A stretch of 64,000 bases of DNA from Chrysomallon squamiferum (lineage: Eukaryota; Animalia; Mollusca): assembly GCA_012295275.1 (NCBI GenBank), contig CM022670.1:13826001-13890000 (forward strand), read 5' to 3'. The notes below the pieces were generated by a model. The model saw nothing but the letters and a program-made list of their open reading frames with translations, searched no databases and was not told the DNA's origin. Made by a program: the position numbers and the translations under genes. This document shows positions 22,661 to 36,700 of the stretch, in pieces. The stretch's first letter is position 1; each line of letters starts with the position of its first letter.

Positions 22661-25600
22661 AACAGTTGGATATTCCAACATATCAGTGATGGTTTTGACA
22701 GAGATTTCCTTGTATCAATTGCATTATGTTCATAATCACATCTGTTGACCAAAATGTCAATTGTCAGCAGTATATCAAGTCTACAATTTTTAATTATCTA
22801 TGGTTTACATTTACAAGTGTCAGAAAACAATTTGTCTGTAAAATGGAAAAACAACAACTGTCACCTCTTTCTGAATGAAAGCAATAAACATCATGAAAAA
22901 GTATAATGTGTTGTTTGAAATATGACAAAATAAGACTCAGACAAAAAAAAAAAAAAAAAAAAAAAAAATTATTAATAATAAATAAATCAAAATCAAAATC
23001 AAAATTAGTAATAAAATAAAAATAAATAGAAAACAAATAAAGTGAAATAAAATAAATAAATATTAGAAGTGATATATCCATGAAAACAGTCTGGATTATT
23101 GTGACAAAAGTCTGACATTTTGCCACTACAAGTACTAAAAAGTGCTTACTGCCATATTGAAAAGTCATTCACAATAACTTCTTCAGTAAATGAATATTAA
23201 TATTAACATAAAATGACAACTTGTAACAGGTTTTTAAAATGTAGCATTATAAGTTTTAAGAAATAACTTTATAGGTCATTTCTTTTAGCATAACAAGGGT
23301 GATATGAGATAGGGAACCTGCTGCTGCCAGGCCATGGCTAGACTCATCAAGTGGCAAGCAACATGGAGTATTTCACATCTCCAACAATAGAACATTAATA
23401 AACTGGTTGTGGAGTATTGCTTCAAATAGGAAATGGCCTACAGAAATTATTATCAAGAAGGTTAAAGGACTAATTAAAGGCAGTACGTAGAAAAAAGAAG
23501 AAGAAAATGCATCAATCCCATAAAACTGGTCCTTTTCTCAGTGAAAAATGTCTTTTAATTGGGAAAAGAGAATAGAAACTTTTAGAATAACTGATCTTTT
23601 TCACAGGAAAATCAATTCAGTGAATAAATTTGTTATGACCTTTCAGTGCTGCTGTTGTAACATCAGTAATTATTAAACAATACAATAAAAGAAAAAAGGA
23701 AAAAAAAAGAAAAAAATGTATCTCAGAAATGAAACTGTTATCATTCCATAGGTCTTTTTATCTATGAACAACAAAATATCTTTATACATAGCTTCCCAAC
23801 AGTCCAAAAATCACACAACATATATAATATACAGCTGGAATGGGAAAACATTTAGTAAGCATGTCTAATAGAAACACTGGTTTATCATGCTGGAGTATAT
23901 AGTCTACTACTGTTCTCAATTCTACTTGTAACATCTTACTAATTAACATTGGGATAGATGCTTCATGTAACATCTTTAAACATTATTATCTATTCCCAAA
24001 AGAGGATTTAATCCCAATGCCACCAGAACTAGGCGCATGTATTGATTTTATATATGTGCAAACTTAGTTTTGATCATTTAAATTGATTAGTTCAGTAATA
24101 AAATACTTTACAGTCTACAAATGTTAATAACACAATTATTTCTGCATCTTGAGAAAGTATGACAAATCCTTTTACAAAACATGTTAGACTTATTAACAAT
24201 GGATGTGATAATTATTTAAGATGACAGAAAAAAAAATAAAAAAATAAAAAATAAAAAATCCCAAATAATAAATAAATAAATAAATAAATTAATAAATAAA
24301 TAAATAAATTTTAAAAAGGGGTGAAAATAATAATAATAAAAAAATAAAAATAAAGGTTTTATTATGTCTTAATTCTCTGTTCTGCTTGTACTGTTGTAAT
24401 TTCAGGAAAAACGGATGTAATTGAAAATATTGATTCCACCAGCTGACCCATGCGTGGCTGATAATTGAAAACTAGGAAGAAACAGTTTCACATTGTTGCA
24501 ATGCTGAGTCTTCTTGCCAGGACTACCAATTACTGGTATAAAACCAGAATTAAAGATTTACACATCTCACATTACTGGTGGTCAGAGACACATAATTTTC
24601 TCTTCTTCGTTGTTTTTCTGTTGTTTTTTTTTTTTTTTTTTTTTGAAAAATCCCCAACTTCTTTTGTGCTTTCATCTAGCTGATTTTAGAAAAAAAATAT
24701 ATTGTGTGGTATTAAACTTTACACAGGAAGCAGCTGTTACTAAGCCTTTATAAGGTGGAAGGAAAGTAGTTTTTGTAGCTGAAGGCAGGAAGAATTTTTT
24801 TTAAATGATTTTTATTTCAGTTCATTTAGTCTTGGAATGTCAAGCACTTGTAGTGTCAGTTTTCAGTTTTTACAAAAAATGTTTTAAACAACTACTATTG
24901 TTACAAGAGATGTTATTAGTGCTACTGAGAGTTACTACTCCTACTACTGCTGATGCTGTGTACTACTGCTCCTACCACTGCAGCTGCTGCTACCACTAAT
25001 ACTATTAATGGTGCTGCTGCTGCTACTACTACTACTGCTGCTGCTGCTACTACTACTACTGTTCCATCCACTGCTAACAACTGGTTTAACAAAGGTTATT
25101 GTATGTACATTGCTGTCTGTGGAATGATGTATACACATAAAATATCCACTGTTAGTGTTAATCAATTATGGTTAACTTAAAGAAAGGCAGCACTAGATTT
25201 CTTCCCGAGTACTGTTAAATAACCGAACACATTTGAACTTAAAAACAATTCACACAAAGCATGTAAACATGACATTAAACATTCACAAATTATAATTTAA
25301 ACAGTGATTAAGTAAGTGGCTTCAGTAACAGGAAATACAATATTGACAAATCTAATTAAATTGCACAGAATTCACTGATTAATGTGATACAGACCACACA
25401 TGACAATGTCACGTTAACACGATAAAAATCATTTGTATCTGCTTTGATTACAAATATAACTACAACTGTTTTTAAATGAATTATAATTTTTATTATTATT
25501 CAAGTGATTAATACAGTTAACAACAACAACAATAGTAACAACCAAAATGCTACTACTACTACTACTACTAATAATACAATAACAATAATAGTAACAACAA

Positions 25601-27699
25601 AAAAAATAATAATAATAATACAATTTTTTTTTTTTTTTATATAATGGAAACTGCTCTTGTCAAATGGTTAAAAACTGAAGAAAAAAAAGGAAAAAGAAAT
25701 AATAATAATAATTAAAAATTAAAACAAATAAAATAAAATTAAGATAAAATAAACCACAAACAAAATGTACTCTAAGCATTATAAAGGCGATCTTTAATTA
25801 TTTGCAAAGAAAAAATTATTATGGCTAATTTAACTTTTTATAGGAATTCTTGGTCATTTGGAAAACAATGTGCTAATAGTTATTATTGATTTGTGTGATA
25901 TGCTTATTGATCAAATATTTTGAAGAAAACATGGCAAAACAAAACAACAACAAAGAAACAAAAAAGAAAAGAACTGCAAATAATAATAGTAATAACAGTA
26001 ATGAAAAAGGGATTCTTGAAAACTAAATCTGTCTAGTCAAATAGATGTACCTTAAAAATTCAAAAAAGAAATCATTACCAACACCATGTATTCTAATCAT
26101 TATAACAGAACTATAAAAACTTTGTGAAAACAAAATTATTTTGGCTAATTTAATTACATTTATTGTAGAAAATGTTTGGTCATTAGAAAATTATGTATCA
26201 ATAGTTATTATTTAATTAATATGCTTGTTGGAGATATTGATCAAATAATTTAATGAAAACATTAATTACAAATAATGATAATAAGGATAATCTACAAATA
26301 TGTAAAATAAAGAAAACAATGATATTGTAAAACCCTTATCTGAACACACATAAAAAGAAAAAGAAAAAGAAAACTGTCTTCTTCTCTAGGTCTTAATCAC
26401 TGGCACATTCCTGGTATCATTATGTAACCATTTTGTATTGATCTTTGCATTTCTGGCTTTCTCTGTCTTAACAGCTGATTAAATACAAATTTTGTGGAAT
26501 TTTCTTAAGCTATTTCCTTCTTGTGCAGCACTAGATGCTCGTGTAAATAAATTACTTGATAAATGAATTTCAGGACATTTTCTCTGGCTTAGGTTATATG
26601 ACTTCCAAGTAAAGTCAGAGACTTGAACTAATTCCATTGACTAACTAGACCTTCCCACAGTGCTCCTTTTAAGCATAGATGTAATACAGTATATACATGA
26701 TGACAAAGATCATACACTGCATGCAAGCATAATCTAATCCTTACCCTGCCAATACAAAAAAAAAAAAAACAATCTGAAACCTCCACGTAAACTGGATTTA
26801 GGACAAGAGACAGTTTTATTATTTCTTCATGGAATAGCTTCCTTACTGGTTTAAATTTGTGTGTTAAACAGGTTTCAAGAAAATTTAGATTTTTTTTTTG
26901 TTTTAACTTTTAGCCATGAGGCAACATTCTGTTGCTGATTAAATTTGAAATGTATGGCTGATATTTTTATAGCTGATTAATTCTGAAAGTTACTTTTATT
27001 GATCACTGTTAAGTATTTTAATTCTTAAAAAATTGTTAAAATCATAATATGTAGTCTGTTGTAAGTAATGTCTTTACAGAAAAACTCTGTGTGTGTATGT
27101 GTGTATCTTCCTATTTTTCTGTATTTCATTATTTATCTTCAACAGTGAAATTCACACCCTAAAAAACGGTTTGAAAAGTGGATTTGAAATGTCCTTCATT
27201 TTAGTTTACAATTTCACATTTCAGGAAATGAAATACCCACACTGACATGTTTGTTACTCGAGGAATATATTCAATAAAATGCTGCAGAGAAGTGGTAAAA
27301 AATATAAAATGCTGTTCTATAATTCAATTTGTATACTGAAATAATTTTTAAATTTGGAATATTTTTTTCCTAAATTGGCTATCCTATATTTAAATTATGT
27401 TTATTTATAAATTCTTGTAAAGGATGAGAAACTGAGCATGTTTTGTCAAAGTATTTGGACTGTCATATTTATATAAATAAATATACTTTTTATTTTAAAA
27501 ATCATCTTGATGGTATTAATGAATTATTCACTGGTTTTCATCAGTCTGTTGTTTTAAAAAAATGTATCATTAATCATTTAATGTATAAACTAAGACGTCA
27601 TGAATATTAAACAAATGAATAAATTAACATCTATGATATTGCAAACACTACCAGGTGTTATTAAATTGAAACGTCATGCATTAGAATTTTTTAATGATT

Positions 27700-27732
<33 letters not shown>

Positions 27733-30239
27733 TATATATATATATGTAAAATAAAAAAAATAAAAATAAAATAAAAATAATAAAATAAAAGATAAAGATA
27801 AAAAGGAAACTTTAAAAAAATGTTTTTATTAAATAAATTATTTAAAGATTCCAAAAGAAAAAGCAAATCATGAATTTATAATAAAAATGATCCTTTCGAA
27901 GAAATTTGGTGAACCCATAACTAATGAAGTTGGGCTTATCTTTTAAACCTTATATTTTGTATAAAAAGGAATGGTATCAAAATAAACATTACAACTTAAG
28001 GCATATGAATCTTTCAATCTGCAGTCACATTTTGGAATGAATCCACATATGAATGGAACTGTCATACTGTCATGAATATATTATTACTGTCATTAATGGT
28101 TTATAATTAACAAAAATAGCTTTCATTTAAAATATAAACAATAATGTTAAAAATTTATTAGTTTGCTATACTTGAATTCACATCACCAGATCTATACATT
28201 TCAGTTAAGTGAAACATAACTGGAATAAGAAATAATGGTGTGGTGAAGTTGAGTAAGTAGTTGTGCTTGCAGATGATATAGAAATAGTGGGGTTATTAGA
28301 ACGTGAATACAGTTATAACACAATGAAGATTGAGTAAATCATTTAGCATAACACATTTAGAGCATGCAATGACTGTGCAGTATGTAGCAAATTGAATAAT
28401 CTCTTAAATTTATAATACAGTAAGTCCATGCAATTATTGTTCAGCTTGCAGTAAATTATGTACACTGTTAAACATGTAACACAATTAGACTATGAAATTA
28501 CTGTGTATCCTGAAGTAAATTGTTACATTATAACACAAGCAGACTATGAAATAACTGTATAGCCTGCAGTAGATCAAGTTAAGTGTTAAAAATATAATAG
28601 AATTACACTATGAAATAACTGCACAACTTGTAATAAAAAAATTAATAAAGCTTTATATTATAAGTGTAAGACAGCTATATGATTTTGAAACAAGAAACCT
28701 GCTATCATCATTTCATGTGATAGTCTTACTTTTTTATGAAGAAGGGACAATTCTGCTAGATCTTCTCTTTGCTTTACATACTCATTGTACCGACTGGACT
28801 GAAAAATAGCTCTAATGGAACACCAAATAATATCTTTTCTAGTAATTTGCTAGATCTTGCACCTAGAATCATCATAAAACTGTAAAAAAAAAAACCCACC
28901 TTTTAAAAGCACTTAATTAATACATTTGGTTTTGTACAAAACTGAATGCCTGCATTTACAATTTATTTAAGAAATAATTAACTTCACCATCAGGGTGTGA
29001 AATCAGCACTTGCCTGACACATGATGTGGATCTAATATTTTTGTCTGGCAAATTTAACAAAACAATAACACAGTGGGTGGGTACTGGTTTGCAGCAATGC
29101 TTTGACACTAGCACATTGCATGCTCAACTATCCATACATTTACTTCATACCTGCAGTTCCAAATTCCATTCTTTTTAGTAATTTTTGTTTGAGTGCATCA
29201 ACATCTTTCTTCTCGGCAAGGTTTAAAATTTCATCTCTCGTATCTTTGTTCTGCAAATACAATTTGTAAAAACAGTCTTACTACCTTCTTGAATGTTTCT
29301 AGTCATAGTTAAGGTGGACATATATCTATAACTATTACTTTAAGTCATAATAATCTGAGTTACAGCATAATTTTTTCTGGTCCAGTTCAAAGTCTTGGTA
29401 CTGTTTTTTCTACTATGGTTCAACTTTATGCTGTCAGACAGACACAAGTATAAATTTCAGTAATGAAGAAATCATTACAGATTTATGGTACCAGCAGAAT
29501 AAGTTATTTTACCCCTGTATCAAAGAGAAAGGAGGTATTGGTTCCATATTATTAAACTTAAACAAAGGATGACATATTCATATGGACTAGAATTACTTTT
29601 TTTGCTATCAGAGTATTTTAATGTAAGTATATGGCTGTAAGCAACAAACAGTGATAACATGTGTCAATATTCTCAACACTTTTAAGAGAAGATCCCTCTC
29701 ACTGGCTTAACCTTGCATATAAATTCAAAACTGATACACCTCCAACTAACTTGATAGTTTATAGGTCCACGGGATGTGCATTTCACTTAGTTTTAAACAC
29801 TTTTACAAACAACATTTAAAAACTTATTCACATGTAACAGAATGTCAATTAACTTGTTCCATTCTGCACTGGCTGAGGGATGAAATAAAAATAAAATGTT
29901 CAGATTTTGTTAGTTCTGCATTATTAATTGCTGACTAAATAAATAAAATATCATTATTCAGAAGGGATTATAATTATATATAAGTGGCTTAAAATTAAAT
30001 TAAAAATACAACTGTCTTATCACAGTGCATATACAAAATAATAATAATAATAATAATATTACTTATTTCGTTTTTCATTTTCATTCCTGTCATTTATTTA
30101 TTGCCTAATAATTTATTTATTATGCATCTTACTACTGCTTTAGGGTGAAACCACGCGTATCGCGTCATGTGGTCCATACCTTATCCCAGGATAACCACTC
30201 ATTTATCTTAGCATCTAGTTCTCGATCTCCAGTTGCCAT
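14128..30239 (-). CDS. PGM2: Phosphoglucomutase-2 / phosphopentomutase (PGM2/PGM2L1 family), complete, about 600 aa
   Basis: 19 exons: 30239-30180, 29250-29151, 22313-22246, 21381-21293, 20934-20850, 20461-20378, 20194-20171, 19913-19744, 19177-19054, 18734-18669, 18328-18231, 17848-17754, 17316-17234, 16912-16819, 16430-16301, 16012-15910, 15326-15240, 15012-14879, 14236-14128 (TAA). Motifs: [19 protein letters not shown], catalytic [32 protein letters not shown], metal loop [40 protein letters not shown]. Confidence 0.96.
14320..14880. repeat. Degenerate tandem array in the last PGM2 intron, with short units carrying GTAAG donor-like motifs and larger duplications
   Basis: TAATTTAATCAAGAAT(A)TTAGATATATTATTTACTCT-like blocks start at 14439, 14531 and 14684. 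The core TATCACTTAC recurs throughout. Confidence 0.75.
20281..20346. repeat. (GA)n microsatellite in the intron preceding the PGM2 24-nt microexon
   Basis: Directly visible. Reads (UC)n in the pre-mRNA. Confidence 0.95.
21453..21516. repeat. (CA)n microsatellite
   Basis: Directly visible. Confidence 0.95.
23305..23440. mobile_element. Degraded SINE fragment in the opposite orientation
   Basis: GGAACCTGCTGCTGCCA...GGTTGTGGAGTATTGCTTCAAATAGGAAATGGCC. Recalled similarity only. Confidence 0.3.
25795..26260. repeat. Diverged ~130-bp direct duplication, about 320-330 bp apart
   Basis: AAAATTATT.TGGCTAATTTAA...TTGGTCATT.GAAAA...AATAGTTATTATT...TATTGATCAAATA.TTT.A.GAAAACAT at about 25812 and 26133. 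Confidence 0.6.
28370..28635. repeat. Degenerate ~55-65 bp tandem repeat in PGM2 intron 2
   Basis: Recurrent ACTATGAAAT(T/A)ACTG...CTG(A/C)AGTA units near 28489, 28543 and 28606. Confidence 0.6.
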
Positions 30240-30747
30240 GGTGTTCTGTCTAAAAGTATCGATAATGATATGATTATTTAACGAAAACGAAAAGTATGAA
30301 TTATAAGAATAGTGTTAGATTTTAGACTGTTATGAAATCGTCTGCTTTAGAGTGCCGTCACAGACTTGAACTTATTAAATGAAGAAGGTACGTCTATTTC
30401 ACCGTCTGAAAAATGTCAACAGTCAAGGCCAGTCGGTACATACAGTATGTCGTAAATATTAAAGGTAAATAATTTTAATTACCCTAATCGTTGTCAAAAA
30501 TACGTATTCAATATAATAACATTATTTCGTGCAATCCAGTGACTAAATAATATTAAGCAATTATGTTATAGTCTATTTTGCGACATACTGATCATAAGAC
30601 TTAGAACAATTTCCGTTATGTGAACTGTCGAGTCAACACACCTGACAGGTGGTCAGAGATTTATCTTCAGTGAAAGATTCAATTGTATCGTGTATGTAAT
30701 AGTAAATATTTTCTTAAATTTTACCAACGAAATACTGTGGATCAGTT
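30240..30747. promoter_or_regulatory. Probable bidirectional promoter / 5' regions of PGM2 and STARD10
   Basis: The divergent ATGs are 508 bp apart. CpGs are locally retained over about 30130-31250. TATCGATA (DRE-like palindrome) at 30257-30264. Inverted E-box pair CACCTG-A-CAGGTG at 30639-30651. Confidence 0.7.
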
Positions 30748-33700
30748 ATGGAGGTGGGAAAGATAAAAATAGCAGAAGATGAAGATTTTAGAAGACTTAA
30801 ATCGATGTGTATTAACCATGATGATTGGAAGTTAGAAATCAACAAGCACAACACAGCAGTTTGGACAAAAATGAACGATGTGTCGTCATTCAAAATGGTT
30901 AAGGTTCGTAGATATTTAAATTTAATTAGTTTTAATTAAATTTGTTGGCTGACTACATTAAGTTTAGTTTGGGTGTATTCTTCACTTCGTAAGAGTAAAC
31001 AAATATTCGGAACTGACATAACGGTTTTGAGACGAGTTGGCATTTTTAACAAATTTGAAAATGAACACTTTGTGACAAATGTAGCTGATCCTAGAAGAGC
31101 AATGAATAATTGAGAAAAACATTGATACAGGATTTTTTATGTTTAAAACGCAGAAGATCTCACCACTTCTTGACATTTTGTAAATTGATTTTAAATAAAG
31201 AATCGTTTTTAAAAAGAAAAATGGGTGTGGTCGGCAATACATTTTTTTTTCTTCTCTTTTTTCTTTTTCATATTATTGTTTTAATTATAGATAAATGATA
31301 ATCATTCACTGTACTGCTTATATTAACACCACAGTAACTGTAAGTTTATAACATATATTTTAATTTATTCATAATTTTCTCTCATATGAAGAGATCAGAC
31401 ACAGAAGCTGATCACTGTTGTAACCACTGAGACTAAGTTAACAGTATCAAACAGTAGCATATACAAACCTGTTTCTGAAAAACTAATTAATTTTGTGAAA
31501 AAAATCCTGATAATTTCAATGATACATACCATCTAAGTTGTCATTTCAGTGCAGAAAAAGATAAATGCCAAACCACTTTTTACACAAAAACTGATATTCA
31601 TTATGTCAAATCAGAGTGCAGTTTTGATCTCATCTGATTTATATTTAGTCTTGTCAGAAAATTTTGAGGAAATGAAGACACCTGAAAATAAGATTTAACG
31701 TCTAGTGTTTTTGTTTAGTAGCCAAATATGTCATATCTGCATGCTTTTGTATTATTATGAATTATGTGAGAATAGAAGACCTATTCTATTACAGATAGTT
31801 TCACAATGTTAACTACTTACTGTTTTTTTAAAATTTAGTATCATAATATATGTATATCACAGTCTTAATAACACATGTATCTATTTTAAAGTTACTTGTT
31901 TTTTGAAATTATTATTAATAAGAGAATACATTTGTAACCGTACCAAAAAGGAATTATTTGATCATCTTGGAAGCTTTTGGTCCCTTTATTTTTTGTTTTG
32001 ATAGCACCATTAGATGATTAATAGATTGGTATTACTGAATTAAGTTTTCTGTTGAAATCACTGTGTTGCTTTACATTTGTGTGTGAAGTTGTCGTTTTTG
32101 CACAATATCATCTTACAGTTTTAGCAGCTTTTGCTTTAGAAATCTGACAGAATCATTACAAAAGGAATGTTTAATAAGTGATGATTTTGAAAATATGATA
32201 TATAGGTAGTTTATTGTAAGTATGAGATAATAATTTGGTAGACTTACCTTTTTGAGCCTAGTAAAATAAATTTGTTTTAAAATAAAATAAATAAGAATGA
32301 ATTATTAGGTTTTGCATCTCAAAATTTCACACACCCACACACATATGCACGAACATAAATTATGAGAAAAATACAGAATACTTTATGAATTCAGTTAATA
32401 GTTTCTGTCAGAAATTTATAATCAATTAAACTACTCCTTAATATTAATGACTAAATTAATGTGTTCACCAAATTTAGCCACATTAGTCATTTAAATATCT
32501 TCTGTAAGACTAAACTGTATTTTTCTGATAGCATGTGCAGAAAGCTAGCCCTGCTGAGACTTTTAAATGTTTATAATTTTATACTTGGTCTGGTCTTGAT
32601 TAGTGGTTGATTTCGTAACAGAATGGGTAGACCGTGAAATGACATCTAAATAACCATGAGAAATGAACTACTGTTATCTCTCAATTAAAATGTCACAGGT
32701 AACTGGTCAATTTTATGCTCGCTGAAGGTTTGATTAAATCAATACAGATGTGGTAATAAGCAAAATGAAAAGAATAGAAAAATACAACACCACTGCTGCT
32801 GTTTTTACTTTTCTTATAACTGTTTTAATGGTAAAATCCATACTGTGAACAGAACTACAGTGACATTATTAAGTGTATATCACTAAAGTATATTGAAATA
32901 TATAATAATGAATTTTTAAATACCATTATCAAGCTTCATAAGTTTCTAAAGATTCATGGAAGATTTCATTTTGTCCTTTTTGTTTTCTTTATTCATGTCT
33001 TTATAATAAAGATAAATAATGAAAAAAAGTAAGAAATGAAGATATAAAAATTAAATATTCCATTCAGAGCTCTCGTATATAGATATTTTTTCAGTGGTGC
33101 ATGGAGATGAGTTTATGAATGATCCTTTGTTGTTAATTATTCACACGGATGGGCTATGGATAACAGCTGTATGTTTTCTCACTTAGAAAGTATCATAATG
33201 GTTTCTCTACCTAACAACTCTTTACAAAGAGCTATCGATAAGCAAATTATTCTTCAGAAATTTTGGTCAGTAAAAGCACATTTTTTTTATGTATGTGACT
33301 GCTTTCCTCTTATATGGAAGTGCCATGCTTATTAATTATTTACTGATATTTAGTTGTTTAAAAAAACAAATTATTATTAGTATTTTAATATATTTTACAT
33401 ATATCTATATCTCTCACCATATATAAACCTTTTTTTTTAAATAATATATTCTAATGTACCAATTAAAACATTTATCAAAAGTAATGGATTTGTTTTTTAT
33501 CGATTAAAATTAACTCTAGGATATAAAGTAAAAAAAATACATATAAAAATGAAAAATCAATACTTTCTAATTTCACATTTAACACTTTATTTGATAACTT
33601 TTAAATGGAGCAGAAACAACAACAGTGACATTTTTCAGTTTTATATTAAATGCTATTTTTACCAGTTTAATAAAATACAACAAAAACACTGTGACAATAA

Positions 33701-36700
33701 CGTTTTTAAAATTTTGCAGATTAAAAGAACTTTCAAAAGCAATTACTAGTTGTATAATTTATTTATTTAATTTTTTTTTTTTTTGGTTTGATTTGCAGGT
33801 GCAAGCCCTTTACAATGATGTAGATGCTGCTACAGTTTATGATGTTCTGCATGATCCAGAGTTTCGCAAAACATGGGATACAACGATGTGTGAAGGTTAC
33901 GAAATCTGTGTCATTAACCCTAACAATGACATAGGTTATTATGCATGTGAGTGTTAACTGTATTTATAATGTAATTGTGGAAGAATAAGTGTAGGTTTAA
34001 AGAAACCTTGACATTTTATTATTATTTTTATTTTTTCTCTTACAATACACACATACATACATATTCATGTGTGTGTGTATGTGTGTGTGTGTGTGTGTGC
34101 AATAAGATGACAGAAAAATGAACAAATACTGGTTTAATGGAACACCTTAAAACAAACCATTTTATTATTTTGTTATTAATATCAGCTGACTCATTAATGT
34201 GTTTTTCTTTTTAATATTGTGCCATTAAAGTTGTAATAGTGTCTTGTTAAAATTAGAAGATGGCTTTTTATTATTGAGAACATTAGTCATTTTAAATAAT
34301 ATAGAGTGTACATTACTTAACACTGCCACATTTAATAGACCAACATGAAATAAATGGTATTTTCTGTGTGTGATTCTTGGAAAATAGCACTGGGGTCTTT
34401 CTTGCTGTTAATCTTGTGGTTGCAGTAGATTTCTTCTTGTTATATTTATGGCATGTAACCATATGTATGGTCCCATGAAATGAGAGATTAAAAATATGTT
34501 GAGTGCATCCTTAAATAAAATATGTTTTTTTTCCCTCCTGTGTGTAATAAATGAGGTATGGCTGTGCAGTTGGTGTGTGCATCAGTGAAGAGACTAATAT
34601 GTGTGAGTTCAGTGATGGTCCATAGAACACTAGAATAAATAATTTCATCTTATGGTAACTGAATTAAATGTTAAATTGAAAATGTTAATGTCTGTAATTT
34701 TCGCCTCAAGTGTGAAATATTTTTATGCCGCTATACTGGGAAAAGGTCTTAATGAAACTTCTGTGTTTAATTAGTCTTACTGCTTTGGAGAAGGTAGGAA
34801 ACAGCACAGTAGTAACATTCTTCCTGATGTATGATTGATTTAGAATTGATTTTCAATGGTGGCACCATTCACTGTTTCTTTGTCTCGTTTATTATTTTAG
34901 AACTGATGTAAGAAACATTTTGGTTTGTATTGTCCTTGCTGTGGCATAATTCATATAAAATATCTCTTGCAACTGATGAGAAAGAAAAGCTTATGACATG
35001 CTGATAGTGGCTTTATTTTTCCATCTGTGTGATCTTTAACAATATTTCTCATGTATGTAACTGAAGATTTAAATGTGTTGTAAAAGGAAACATTATCTCT
35101 TCTTAATTTTTTGATTAATGTAGTAGAACAACTGAAATATTAGATAAAAAGACTTATTTACACAAGAATATTTTGCAGAAGCTATTTTGATTTGCATAAC
35201 ATGTATTTCTCTTTCTTCATAATAAAAAAAATTAAAAAATAAAACTTATTGTGAATTTTGAGAAATAGAAAGTGGCACTGGTAAGTAAAAAAGAATATAT
35301 ATATGTTTAACAGATTTAAGATCTGAATTTTTCTGAATGATCCTTGCTAATCATAATATCGTTACTTTTTTGATAGGTTAAATTTACCTATACTCTCTTG
35401 TGTCTTCTATCAACCATTGTGAATGCATTTGCTTTACAAGATTGTTACATGTTAAAAAAAGTATTGCAGTGGGAATTGTAATGTTTGTACTAGCAATAAA
35501 AATACGTTGTTACATTGCAGGCATTAACCATTCAGTAAATCTTTTACAAAAGGTAAATTAGTTGTGCAAAATAAAGGGCTTTGCCAATGCACAAATAAAA
35601 TGATCATTCATGCAACTTGTGCAGGCCAATATAATATTCATTCTTCTTATAATCTTCAGTGGTTTTCACATACAGTAAAAATAACTAGCAAGACAAGTAT
35701 TATGGTCCATGTATTAATTATTTATTATTTTTATAAAGCTTCTTGCATTCTGTATTGGTTTCCAAATTAATTAACATTTCAACAATGCAAAATGGACATT
35801 GCATGAACTGATTAAGGCTCGGCAAACAAGCAAACAAAAATTCTGTAGCTCTTTAGAACAACATTTACCTGATAGAGACAGCAGATCACAATATCAGTTT
35901 GACATTATGAAATATAATTTTAAAAAGATAATTTTACCACTGGGCTCTTTTACACAGAAGATTGCAGCATGATTTTTCTTACCACTTGACACAGTTCTGT
36001 AGCAGCAGTGTGGCTAAGCCAACAGATCACAGAATCAGTTTTACTTTGTATCATCATTGGATAAGTTTTTTTAAAGTTTTTTTTTTTATTAACTTCATGT
36101 AGTTTTGTGATTTGTATGATTAATGCATAGAATATGCCCTGACACATCTGCTAGCTGGGATATCTGGTTAACAGGCCAATGACAGATATGTTTGTATCTT
36201 CAGTTGATAAGAGCCTAGTCTAATGGTGACTAAGTTGCAACATACATTCATGTCACGTCATTGTTTGTTGATGATATTTTGAAACACCAGAGCTGAGATG
36301 CCAGACTGCTTCATTTGTCATTGTTTTTTGAAAACTGAATATGTAGTCTTTTTTTTTTTATATATGTTAGCTGATTCAGTAACATATTGCACTGCTACAA
36401 ATATTGAATGTCAGTAAAAAAAAAAAAAAATAATTTTATTTAGGTTATTATATCATAATTATCACCAGGAAGTGAAGCAGATAAATTCATTTAAAATATT
36501 CAGAGATAAATTTTCAGTATTTTAGAAAAAAACCCACTAACATATTCAACAAAGAAGCATTAATGTATGTTCATTTTAAATTTCTCCATGTCGGCTGTAT
36601 GCTATAATGAAAATTCTTATTATTATTGGCTTTTTGTAAATAGTTTAATGGTTGTGATTTCAAGCTTATTTTATTACTTGTGTTTGAATTTGATTATTTG

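Noticed and set aside
26390-26680. Nested gene in the 6.8-kb PGM2 intron 2
   Set aside because: Only a ~52-codon minus-strand ORF with no recognisable family or splice context; possibly a decayed repeat.
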